A stretch of 63,370 nucleotides of DNA, counting the filler, from Lenisia limosa (lineage: Eukaryota > Protista > Breviatea), in NCBI GenBank assembly GCA_001655205.1. It is 15 parts of 15 records of this genome, joined end to end, with 100 filler letters (N's around TTAATTAATTAA, not from the genome) between each part and the next. Parts side by side here need not be neighbours in the genome. Positions count along the whole stretch, not along the records: positions 17,757 to 25,420 come from LPNZ01008158.1; positions 25,521 to 27,599 come from LPNZ01005826.1; positions 27,700 to 30,220 come from LPNZ01009379.1; positions 30,321 to 38,711 come from LPNZ01010834.1; 11 more parts are not named here. The stretch is one strand, 5' to 3'. The position numbers were made by a program, and so were the translations under genes. Positions 25,070 to 36,206 of the stretch are shown here, one piece after another. The notes beneath the pieces were generated by a model that worked only from the letters and a program-made list of their open reading frames with translations, made no database searches and was not told the origin of the DNA. The first letter of the stretch is position 1; each line of letters begins with the position of its first letter.

Positions 25070-25571
25070 CTGGGGGGGGGGGGGGNNNNNNNNNNNNNNN
25101 NNNNNNNNNNNNNNNNNNNNNNNNNNNNNNNNNNNNNNNNNNNNNNNNNNNNNNNNNNNNNNNNCACGAACCGAATAATCTGAAACTCCAAACAATAACA
25201 AACAAAAGCAACCAACGCTAAAACTAGACAAAAACCAGATGGTGCAAGGCAACTGGGGAATTGGGAAAGGGGTCTTACATACATATGTCCATCCCCCTTT
25301 TATTTCAAAATGTTCCTTATATGTATCATATCACACGGTTCACTTATCACCTCTCCCCCCTCCGCACACAATAGTTGGAATTATTTGTGACAGCAAGACA
25401 TGTCTAGACTTGACCCCCCCNNNNNNNNNNNNNNNNNNNNNNNNNNNNNNNNNNNNNNNNNNNNTTAATTAATTAANNNNNNNNNNNNNNNNNNNNNNNN
25501 NNNNNNNNNNNNNNNNNNNNGACTTAAAGTAACGCATACAACAACAACAAAAGGTACCACGGAAACTATCA

Positions 25572-27066
25572 ACATTGACTGCTCTGTTGCGTCAACTCTA
25601 AGTCGATCTAAATCATCAAAATCGTTCAAAAACATGAAATAAATCTTGTTGGGAATATGCTTCCTATAAATCATAGTATATTCAGAATTTGAACATTTGC
25701 TTATGAAAGCTTTTTAACCCAGTATACTGTTGAGGACATGTTTGAATAAATTAATATGAAAAAAAGAATATGATATGTTATTTGGGGTATTTCAAAAGAT
25801 TACGGATATTAATCTCTCGTAAACTCCTACGATTATATAATAATATCATATACATTTAAAACAATAATTTACAAAGTCAACTCTTGTATAGTATTCCCTT
25901 CTCACTTTTTTTTTGCGTTGCTCAAGGTCCATATTTCCTTGGTGTCTAACAACAGTTGCTGAGTCAGTTTTAATCGAGACCTGAAATCATTAAAAAAAAA
26001 AACACTTCGGGGGGGTGTTACAGATCTGGACAACAGAAGGACCGTGTGAATCGCAGAATATAAAAGTCGGATTTTTGGCCTTGGGATTCATGTGCCCAAT
26101 AACTTCCTGCAATGTAACAAGTAATACATGTTATAGGATCTGAGAAATGTTGATGTATGAGAAACTGGATGGAGTAATGCGGGTGCGAAATCAACATAAA
26201 AAGAAGAAAAATTCGAATAAATGGGGTAATACTATACACAGAGCACAGATCCAAGCTCCTTTGAGTCATAGACGGAAGCATAACCCCTCGACTATCTTAA
26301 AATACAANNNNNNNNNNAACATTAGCTGCTCTGTTGCGTCAACTCTCAGTCGATCTAAATCATCAAAATCGTTCAAAAACGTGAAATAAATCTTGTTGGG
26401 AATAAGGTTCCTATAAATCATAGTATATTCAGAATTTGAAAATTTGCTTATGAAGGCTTTTTAACCCAGTATACTGTTGAGGACATGTTTGAATAAATGA
26501 ATATGAAATAAAGAATATGATGTTATTTGGGGTATTGACATTAATATCTCGTAAACTCGTATGATTATATAGTAATATCATATACAATTAAAACAAAATT
26601 TACAAAGTCAACTCTTGTATAATATTCCCTTCTCACTTTTTGTTTGCATTGCTCGAGGTCCATATTTCCTTGGAATAGTTGCTGAGTCAGTTTTAATCAA
26701 GACCTGAAATCATTAAAAAAAAACACCCCGGGGGGGTGTTACAGGTCTGGACAACAGAAGGACCGTTTGAATCGCAGAATAGAAAAGTCGGCCTTGGGAC
26801 TAATGTGCCCAATAACTTCCTGCAATGTAACAAGCAATACATGTTATAGGATCTGAGAATTGTTGATGTGTGAGAAACTGGATGGAGTAATGCGGGTGCG
26901 AAATCAACATAAAAAGAAGAAAAATTCGAANNNNNNNNNNTAGCACATCCCCACAATAAAATGCCCTGAACCCACTTTTTTTAAAAGATCAGCTTACTCC
27001 GGGCTCGATCCAAGCTCCTTTGAGTCATAGACGGAAGCATAACCCCTCGACTATCTTAAAATACAA
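25572..27066. repeat. ~740-bp tandem duplication (25572-26307 vs ~26319-27066) separated by a 10-N gap
   Basis: The two copies are colinear with scattered substitutions and small indels. Confidence 0.85.
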
Positions 27067-27700
27067 GAAGGTTTCAGTGAAAAGGGAACTCTGCTTAAAT
27101 AACCCATTTCAGTTCAGTTCAGTTCATAAATTTACGATATTATTTCAGTGCTTCAGTCTTAAAGAGGGGATCAAGGCATACATTTTGGTAAATTCTCCAC
27201 AAATTTTAGTCAAAATTGGGATATTTTTGGTATTTCTGTTCGACTTATATCATATAATTAAAGAATATTGAATGAACGATTAAGGCTTTCTCTCTCCCGT
27301 ATTCACTCCCATCAGTTCCGGCGCGGGAATGGAGTCTGCAACCCCTATTGTTGCCACAATGTCGCCAAGGTGCGTGGGAGGGGGGGGGTCACTTCAGNNN
27401 NNNNNNNNNNNNNNNNNNNNNNNNNNNNNNNNNNNNNNNAATTTTCGAGGATTTATCGAGACATTCAGTTAGCCGTAGTGGGGGGAAAGGGGGGTCGACC
27501 ATGAAACTCAACAGAATATTCGCTGGAGTGATGGGATGCGGTGCTGCAGAAGCGACTGGCTTGGACTGCGTTTGTTTTGTTGTTATTGTCAGCCAACAGN
27601 NNNNNNNNNNNNNNNNNNNNNNNNNNNNNNNNNNNNNNNNNNNTTAATTAATTAANNNNNNNNNNNNNNNNNNNNNNNNNNNNNNNNNNNNNNNNNNNNT

Positions 27701-29570
27701 ACCGGTGACAATTGCAGCGTTCTTATTCATTCGAGTCACGAACCGAATCTCATCAGCTCCTAAAGCGGCAGAGCTGGAAGTGTGAAATGGAACGGGAGGA
27801 TATACAAGAACGTTGGGCCTCTTGAATGATAAAATGTAATGTCAAAGATCTATTGGATCATCATAGTGTGAATTGTTTCATTCCAAGTTTGTTCCAGAAT
27901 ACACCAGAAACAGTTGATACTTATCAAGGATTTATGGAGTCAGTCATTTGTCGGACTAAAGTAACATCCTAGCTAGAACAGACATAGGTAAGGCTTCACT
28001 TCGGTTGGGAAAATATCGATAGTTTTCGAGGATTTATCAAGAAATTCAGTCTTTTTTCGAACCGAAGTGAAGCCGTGCACAAAGGGCTCTCAAAATCCTC
28101 GATTAAGATGTCCCAATAATACTGGCTTTATTTCGTAGGAAAGCCCTGCAAACATGTCGATGGCTTCAAAAGCAGAGTACTGCGAGATTGATGTGGTCCC
28201 CATTGCAACATCAGTGTAGCTCGACCCGATTCGGTAAAGGGAAGTGGCTGAGGGAAGGGGGGGGGGGAGTAAAATTGGAAAAAAAGCCGAAATCAACTCT
28301 GTTGGTTGACAACATACGAGGGTTGAACAACAAAACANNNNNNNNNNNNNNNNNNNNNNNNNNNNNNNNNNNNNNNNNNNNNNNNNNNNNNNNNNNNNNN
28401 NNNNNAAAAAAAGTAATATTTATGGCCGAAGCCATCCCTTCAAAACCATATGAGGAAATGAACTTGATATTAACTGGAACTTGAAAAGAGGGCTCTTTCA
28501 TAAATTTGAGTGTTGATATCACAAAAAAAACAGGTTCAGTTCACAAAAAATCATCACCCAATATTACGATTAGCCGGGACTCGGACTTACCAGTGTATAT
28601 GACCATGTGGTAGTAGTAGCCTGGAACAAGGCCCAAAATGGTTCCTTGGACTCCAACTGCCAAGATGAAAACAGTGCATATCATTTGCATGTTGTAAGGT
28701 GTATATTAGAGACAATATACAATATACAATATATATGCATATATACGGCATATATAATATATTATAGAGATATTGAATTAGAGAATAATCTTAATTCACC
28801 CAATCATTTGCCTTACAACTCTGTGCACACGATATAAAATATACTATGTAATATATATGTATGTATGTATATGATAGAGAATATCATGTACTCCATACTA
28901 TAGTTACTACTGTGTCGTATACTTTTGATTTGACATAAAATGACCAGAGAAAGACTTGACCAACAAAAACTTTCCCTTCTGGAAAATACGACAAACCAAA
29001 CCGTGACCAATGCGAATACAATGGAAAAAGAACCCAGGCTAAAACTAAGATATGTCCACCCTCCCTCATATCCCAACTACCCCACCAAACGGTTCCAAAA
29101 AATTTGGATTTCTTAAAATATGCCCATGTTACCCCCCCCCCCCCCCNNNNNNNNNNNNNNNNNNNNNNNNNNNNNNNNNNNNNNNNNNNNNNNNNNNNNN
29201 NNNNNNNNNNNNNNNNNNNNNNNNNNNNNNNNNNGTTGCCGAATTCTAAGCCAACCCCCAGGAGATTGCCGTCGTCTGTGAGGTCATGGATTGTCTGGGG
29301 TGTTTATATGATATGATATGAATAGTATACATTACATACCATATGATTAAATCATTGATAATATGTGATATGATACCATTTTACCGTGCTATGAAGTGAA
29401 CAACAAATAATAAGAATTATTATAAGAACAATTGCCTGAAAGAAGCTCTGAAGAACACCTACCAGTGAGGAACACACTTCGACCATTTGCTTTTGAGGAA
29501 TACTGCACAACAGGCGAGGCGGAAACGGACGTGTCAATTACACGATGGTCAAGAATTAGGGTACCACAAT
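27701..29570 (-). CDS. Hypothetical, probably extracellular protein (internal exons)
   Basis: DNKIYCGTLILDHRVIDTSV.. / VGVQGTILGLVPGYYYHMVIYT / VPVNIKFISSYGFEG.. / ATSLYRIGSSYTDVAMG..YEIKP, with canonical sites and mostly phase-1 junctions. Confidence 0.5.
27991..28074. mobile_element. Family A MITE
   Basis: GGCTTCACTTCGGTT...CGAACCGAAGTGAAGCC. Confidence 0.85.
28248..28337 (-). repeat. Family B copy ending at acceptor of minus-strand gene
   Basis: Reverse-complement match; the exon begins at 28247. Confidence 0.82.
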
Positions 29571-30336
29571 ATATTTTATTGTCCTAAAATGTTGGAACTG
29601 TTCACTTGGAGTAGCCATCCACATCTGCATATAATGTTGAACAAGTGATATGATCAAATGAGCGACTTTCGAGTGAAGAACAAAGATAACACGAGGAGCA
29701 GAGACTTGTCTGTCAATTATCACACAAATAATATAATACAGCAATAACATTCAAAAAAACAACAAACAATAAAACAGAAACAAGCAATAAAAACAACAAT
29801 GACACTAACAAACAACAACAAAAACAAACATAAAAAAAACAGTAACAGTAACATTAACATTAACAAACATTTGCAACAGTGTCGTCAATGGTGCCAAGGC
29901 CTAAGGGGGCCTCATGTCCATACACCGCCCCTAAATTCGTTGAATAGGACCACCTTTTCGGGTTTCTGTAAGCCAGTTTCCTTTTTTGTTTAACTCTCCC
30001 ACCCACCCTGGTACCACTACTTCTTTGCTACTACTAACATATTCCATAAAAGCATTGCCACTTATTAAAATATTTATGTAAGCGGAAATCTGTTGAATCA
30101 TCCCAACTTCCACTGCATATACCGCGGTCAGTCCTGATACTACTGACTAAAATCCATGTCAGGACTTATCGCGGTCAGCGCATGTATTAATGGAAAATAA
30201 ATATGGTTGTATCTGGCCGANNNNNNNNNNNNNNNNNNNNNNNNNNNNNNNNNNNNNNNNNNNNTTAATTAATTAANNNNNNNNNNNNNNNNNNNNNNNN
30301 NNNNNNNNNNNNNNNNNNNNCCCCCCCCCCCCCTAG

Positions 30337-31096
30337 TACATTTGATGGGCATTCCATTGCGTATTCGGTACTGTTCTCACTGTGTCGCCAACGGCCTTGC
30401 CGCACCATCTTCTCGACGCATTACCACGGTCTTTGTGATGACGTGGCACACTGGAAGGAGGTGCGATGGGATCATGTTATCCTCAGCAATAGTCTTGCTT
30501 GGATCATGTTATCTTCAACTATAGTTTCGTCGTTAAGCCCCCCCCCCCCNNNNNNNNNNNNNNNNNNNNNNNNNNNNNNNNNNNNNNNNNNNNNNNNNNN
30601 NNNNNNNNNNNNTGTAAAACGGGTCCAAATGAGAGTCATCACCAGATACGAACATGTCTCAAACTTCTTGGTTGAATGATATGACCCTTCAGCTGACACC
30701 CGGCACTGCACCTCGGTCACATGGCATGCTGGTTGGGGCTATGGCAGGCCTCCCCGAGGACGTCTTGACTCTGGCCGAGCAAACGGGTAGGGCGTTGTAC
30801 TGTCATCATTTTCAACACTTCATGGATCTTTCTGCAACTAACACCTGCAGCTATGGCCTTTGAAGAGCGGGCAAAAAAAGAAATTGAGGCTCGAGGAAGT
30901 GGGGGGGGGGGGGNNNNNNNNNNNNNNNNNNNNNNNNNNNNNNNNNNNNNNNNNNNNNNNNNNNNNNNNNNNNNNNNNNNNNNNNNNNNNNNNNNNNNNN
31001 NNAGCCGTTTTTGCCATTTTTATTGTTTTAGTTTCAACGAAAGTGGATAAGGACCAAAAGGATCTTCTCTGTGCTGCTTTTAAAAAGGTGTGTTGA
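30337..31096 (+). CDS. MSH6: DNA mismatch repair protein MSH6, C-terminal ATPase exons (5' partial)
   Basis: STFDGHSIAYSVLFSLCRQRPCRTIFSTHYHGLC and LTPGTAPRSHGMLVGAMAGLPEDVL match MutS domain V. TFDG...CRT.FSTHYH is MSH6-type. 3' end uncertain. Confidence 0.85.
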
Positions 31097-31725
31097 TATG
31101 GTAGCAACACCCTGAAAGAGAGTTATGGCCGGTCTAATTGTGGCCCATCTTGATCCTGAAAACCGAATCCTTTCTTTGACCAAATAGTGTGATTGGGCAA
31201 CTCTTCGTGAACTTTGTTTGAAGATCTAAAATGTCTTTTTAGAATATGGTTATTGTACTTTAAAGTATGTATATTTATTCCATTATCAGTTGTCTCTGAC
31301 GTGTCTTGTTGAGCTTAATAATGATATTGAAAGATGGGGCATATGCTGAACTTTTACCGTCTTAGTGAAATCAATATTGGGATTTATTAGACAAGGAGAT
31401 AGGGGAAACACAAAGAAAGAAAATACAAAGTAAACAAAGTAAACAAAGTTCTTCAGAACTAAAACGTCAGTATATGTCGAGAGAAATATAAATGTTACCC
31501 ACCATCACGAGACATCCTTACAACTCTGGGCAGAGCTTTCTGTGTGCCTCCCAGCATTGAAAGATAAATATTAATGCAAGCCATTAATAACAAATCCTAA
31601 AATATACGTATCATATTATAGCTATAATATGTAATATCGATATGTAATATATTATGTGGTTATCGATAAATTCAGGAAAGCCTTACATGAATGTAAATCA
31701 TGAAAAAATGAGGTACTGGGCAAAC

Positions 31726-33175
31726 CTTAGCGAAAGAAGCAAGAACCGCCACTTCTCTGGGAAGGGCCACGGTAACAACGCTCACAGTCTCTCTCCTCAT
31801 AACATCCTCAACCTCAAATTGTCCGAGCTCCTATAGTGTCAACAAAGCATGTGGGTGTAAGAAATATATTCAATAAAACCCAATCAAGTCTGGCTTAAAC
31901 TCTATCAAGTCTACTGGCTTAATCCGAGATATGACGAACTGAAACAAACCCACCATTCCCAAGTTGTCGAAAAGAGTGACCTCCTCGCCGTCCCCTCCGT
32001 TCGGCGCCTGGATATTGGCTGCAAGTGTTATGGAACAAAGAGAATAAGAGTTATCAAACCCCTAAAGTTATCAAACCCCTAAAGTTATCAAACCCCAAGT
32101 CATCAAACCCCTAAAGTTATTGGGTAAAGTAAGACAAATACATCATTGAGGATATTGCTTTTCCCTGACACCCCCACCTTCAGCATCGTCGCCATCAAAG
32201 TCCACAACCGCAACGTTGTTTGCAGGGCACTACACTTTGAGCGGTGTCGCATTGGACATAAAGAGTGTATCAAGCAATATACGGCTTCACATCGGTTCAA
32301 AAAAGACCAGTAAAATATCAATGGTTTTCGAGGATTTATCGAAATATTCAGTCTTTTTTGAACCGAAGTGACGCCCCAAATATGTCAGTCACCTTTGAGA
32401 CGCATCGGAGACACGCCACGCACCCGTCCTCACCCCCTGTATAGGTGCCTCGTCCTGCGGTCTGTTAACAAAAAAAGGGGGGGAGGAAATAAGGCCAAAG
32501 CCAAAAGCACCATCGTCCTCAAGGATAATACGCAGTCAGTGGTCTCAAAACACACCTTCGACGATGGTAATGACCTTTTCTCCACACGCCACTGCGCAGG
32601 CATTTCCACAGTTGTCAGCCTGGAATGTAAGCTCCTTTCCAAAAAAGCCACAATTTATCCTTGCAGAGCATACAGGGCACTTCTCGAAAAAGATTGGAGC
32701 TACTCCATCCTCATGGAATACAGTCTGAATGGTCAAAGGTCAAAGGTACATTTACTGCATTTACGTGATTAGGTATAAAAAGGAGATAAATGGATTGACA
32801 ATATAACACAAGGATTAGCACAGTGAGAAGACTGAAGCCCAAAAGTGGAGTCGATGAATCTTCACCACTTCAGTATTGTCTGAGTTCAAAAACAAATGAA
32901 CCAATGTTGGGTTAGATATTCAAGATTCAAGTGGACAAGTCAAAGTTCAAAGATAAAATAATGAAACAGTTGAGCAAGCAATAGAGTAACTTGATAACTG
33001 TCAACGAAATCAACGTGTGTGTCAGTCACAAAGATGCCAATATCCGAGGAAGGGGGGGCAGCAAAATAAGGACAAATCTTTCATTCCATACCGCCATTGA
33101 AGCCATCTGCCTGTTTAAGAGCCGGGCAGGCACCAGAGAAGCCATACGAGTAGCAGAACGAATAGAAGAAAGCAT
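31726..33175 (-). CDS. 2x[4Fe-4S] dicluster ferredoxin-like protein with mitochondrial-type presequence
   Basis: Exons 33175-33092, 32724-32674, 32619-32556, 32436-32393, 32229-32178, 32018-31981 and 31830-31726 give MLSSIRSATRMASLVPARLLNRQMASMA-TVFHEDGVAPIFFEKCPADNCGNACAVACGEKVITIVEGGEDGCVACLRCVSKCPANNVAVVDFDG...FEVEDVMRRETVSVV. Last exon (~31520) uncertain. Confidence 0.75.
32283..32376. mobile_element. Family A MITE
   Basis: TIR pair in a ferredoxin-gene intron. Confidence 0.85.
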
Positions 33176-34070
33176 TGTTAGCCGGTAAGCTTTGTCTCTG
33201 TCTCACAAAACTACTGCAAAAAATGGGAATAAAGATGTAAGCACCAGTTGCACCAATCGCCCCCCTTTTTTAATGCTCGTTAAAAAACCTGCCAACATGG
33301 GGTAGTAAACTACTCTACCCAATGCCTTGAAAATTGCGGTTGTCACAGCAGAACACACATTCACGCACCAAACCAAACTAGCCTTCAGTTTGCTCCCTCT
33401 CCCTCTCCTCATTCTGACCTCGTTCTGACCTCATTGCCTCATTTCCTCCAGTCCACCAGCCAGCCATCCAGCTCTCCAGTTGTACTGCCCCTCACCTTCC
33501 CACCTCCCCTACTCTTGTGCCTTGGAAAGTTGGTGGTCTCATCTTCACGCTCAAGATTGGTAAACGGAGTTTAAATCATTATTTTATTGTTTTTATCCAA
33601 ATACGAAACAATTGTTTATTTTAAATGCAATTATATCAAAGGCAATATATTTGTGGATCTTGGGTAAAGGTAAACATATTTTTCCATTTTCTCCTCATTA
33701 AAATTGTAGACCCCCCCCCCCCCTTGTGGTGACCAGCGTGATGGAAGATTTCACTCTTATTTCTGAACTTCTGAGTGGGATGGTGATTTCACTCTTATTT
33801 CTGAACTTTTGGCATTTTCGGAGTTGTTCGGTCTTTTTCTCCCACATCTTTCTGCACATCATAATATGTAGAGATGAGAAGTAAAAATTGGTAGTATCTG
33901 GCTGAATCTGTCCACAAGCTTTGTGGAAATATTGGATTGCAGTATAGTATTAATTCACATCATTTGCCTGACATCTCTATGTAAACAGTATCCCCCCCCC
34001 CCCATTATCATCGACTGACAACCTCATACTCTATTTATACACTCTATTGTTGACCCCTCACCCACTTCAG

Positions 34071-35781
34071 GTTCTTGGATGGTGTTTGTGATAGTAGGCC
34101 TCTTATGGGGGGGTACCAACCCCTTCATTCGACTCGGTTCCAAGGGTGTAGAAAATGTCACTGTAGGTGGCGGTTGGGGTAATGTGGTGGGGACTCGACA
34201 TTATATTTCAGGTTAGGGTGCTCTTTCTTCAACTAGCTCATTCAAATAATGAGTAGATATCATCTTGATTAATCTCTTGATTTATCATTATACAACCTGG
34301 GTTATTTTTCAAGGGCTTATATCCTTATTTATCTTTTTTTTGTTTATTTGAGTGTGTTGATCTTCCTCTTCTCCTCTTAAGAAATCAATGTAACCAAATT
34401 CAAAATACTGCCAAAATGCGGTGTCACTCTCCCTGATCTCCAATTTAAGCGATCAGTATTTCTTGAAGATACTGTGAATGAAAAATGATCTTCTTCCCAG
34501 GGAAAACACCATTTTTATTCAAAAATGACCAAAATCCCAGGGAGGAATGTCATTTTTAGAAAGTAATGCAAAAATAAACCCAGTTTCGGCATTTCCACAG
34601 AATTATGACGTTTCAGCATCCCCGTGGTGGGCTTTGGACCGTTATTTGGAAGTGGCAGTATCTCTTACTTCGGCCAAGGGTTGAAGGGATTGCTTTGAGC
34701 TCAAATATTTGTCTGTTGCACTGGACAGAGCTTGACATCTGTTAATTTCTTGGTTGATTTGATGGTGTTGCTGGTTCTGCTCATGATTTCTTTACAATTA
34801 TATTTCCTGACCCCCCCCCCCCTAGTTTATTATCCCTTTTCTGCTCAATCTTAGCGGATCGGTTTTGGCCGTTTTTGCTGCTGGCGCAACGGGTGGGGCT
34901 GGCGGCTATGGGATCTCATTGCTTTGTCATCTTATCTCTTGTGATGTTCCAGTTTTTGGAAATAAGTCTAATAACATAACTCGAAGCGGAATTTATTTTT
35001 AGTAGATTCGAGACTATTCTATATTGTTTTGTATTTCACCCTTCAGACGTGACAATAGCCGTTCCCCTTACCAACGCTTTAACGCTCTCCTTTTCCACCA
35101 TCCTTGGCCGCCTTGCTGACGAAGACCGGATGACCGCACGTAGGTCTTCTTTTACAACTAGGGCTTCCCTAAGGTCCCAAAAAAGACCGAATTTTTCGAT
35201 AAATCCTCGATAAATATCGATATTATAACGGTCTTTTTCGGACCCCGTAGGAAAGCCCTATTTATCACTGATGTGTTGTGTTCAATTGGACTGGTGTTCT
35301 GCTTATTAACCCTTTTCAGGTTCAGCTCGCGGTGTTATTTTGATACTTATTGGTGGGAGGATGGGTAAAGATTATCCAGAAATCTGGTAAAAGATACTAA
35401 TTGGGAGGACTGAGCGCAACTACTTCTCAAAAATAATGAAGGCACAACAATTAATTGTAATTTGAAGTGAGACCTATCGTCATAAAAACTCAATTTCAGA
35501 CACTTTAATTTCAAATTGTATCCCTCCTAAAATTGAAATTAATTCCAAAACCAATGCCCTTGTATTAGCACGTTTTTACGCCTTGTGGAATTTACTTTAT
35601 GTAATATAATGTATTTGCATAATATATTATTAAGTATAATTATATATATATATATGATATCATATACATACTATATACATATTAATATGATATGTTTTAT
35701 TTCTCATCTCTACCCAACACAAGGTCTAACTCACTGCGTTCTTCAGGTGTCACAATTTGCGTTTACTCCAAGTCTTTGTGA
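34071..35781 (+). CDS. TMEM234: TMEM234-family small membrane protein (EamA-like)
   Basis: VGLLWGGTNPFIRLGSKG, FIIPFLLNLSGSVLAVFAAGAT, DVTIAVPLTNALTLSFSTILG and GVILILIGVTICVYSKSL-TGA align with TMEM234. Start exon not identified. Confidence 0.85.
35161..35258. mobile_element. Family A MITE, subfamily A2 (GGGCTTCCCT ends)
   Basis: TA-GGGCTTCCCT...GAAAGCCC-TA. Same subfamily at 43868-43949, 55946-56043, 56725-56826, 58428-58522 and relics ~39442 and ~62487. Confidence 0.85.
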
Positions 35782-36206
35782 AATGCCAGGCAGGACGCAG
35801 CATCTCTAAGACGAGAAAGGAGGAACTCAACAATGCGTTTATATGTTACCTCTCCCCCCTCAAGAATATATCCGCTTCCTTTCTGTATCAACCAACGAAC
35901 TCAAGAGAAAGGATGTTTTACAGTTAGTTTCAAATATACCTGCACTCAAGGTTTCAATCAAGTTATCGTGCATTATTATGCAATTATGCCATTATGATTG
36001 CATTGCATCAATATAGAATTTGGCATTTGGCAGGTGCTTCTTTGGAGGTTAAAACATTTTAACCTCGCCATCTAAGGTGCACGCAGGTTGGTGCCTGTTG
36101 ATATAATGTATAATTACTGGTCCAAGTATAAAAAGGAATCTTGTGAAGAGTTATTTGAATTTGATAGTAATTCTTTTGATAGCTAGATACTTCATTGGTC
36201 GTAAAA

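Noticed and set aside
32050-32120. Short tandem repeats (17-bp here; also ~19860 28-bp, ~22233 18-bp, ~58885 26-bp, ~61875 10-bp)
   Set aside because: Ordinary intronic slippage repeats with no shared sequence or structure.
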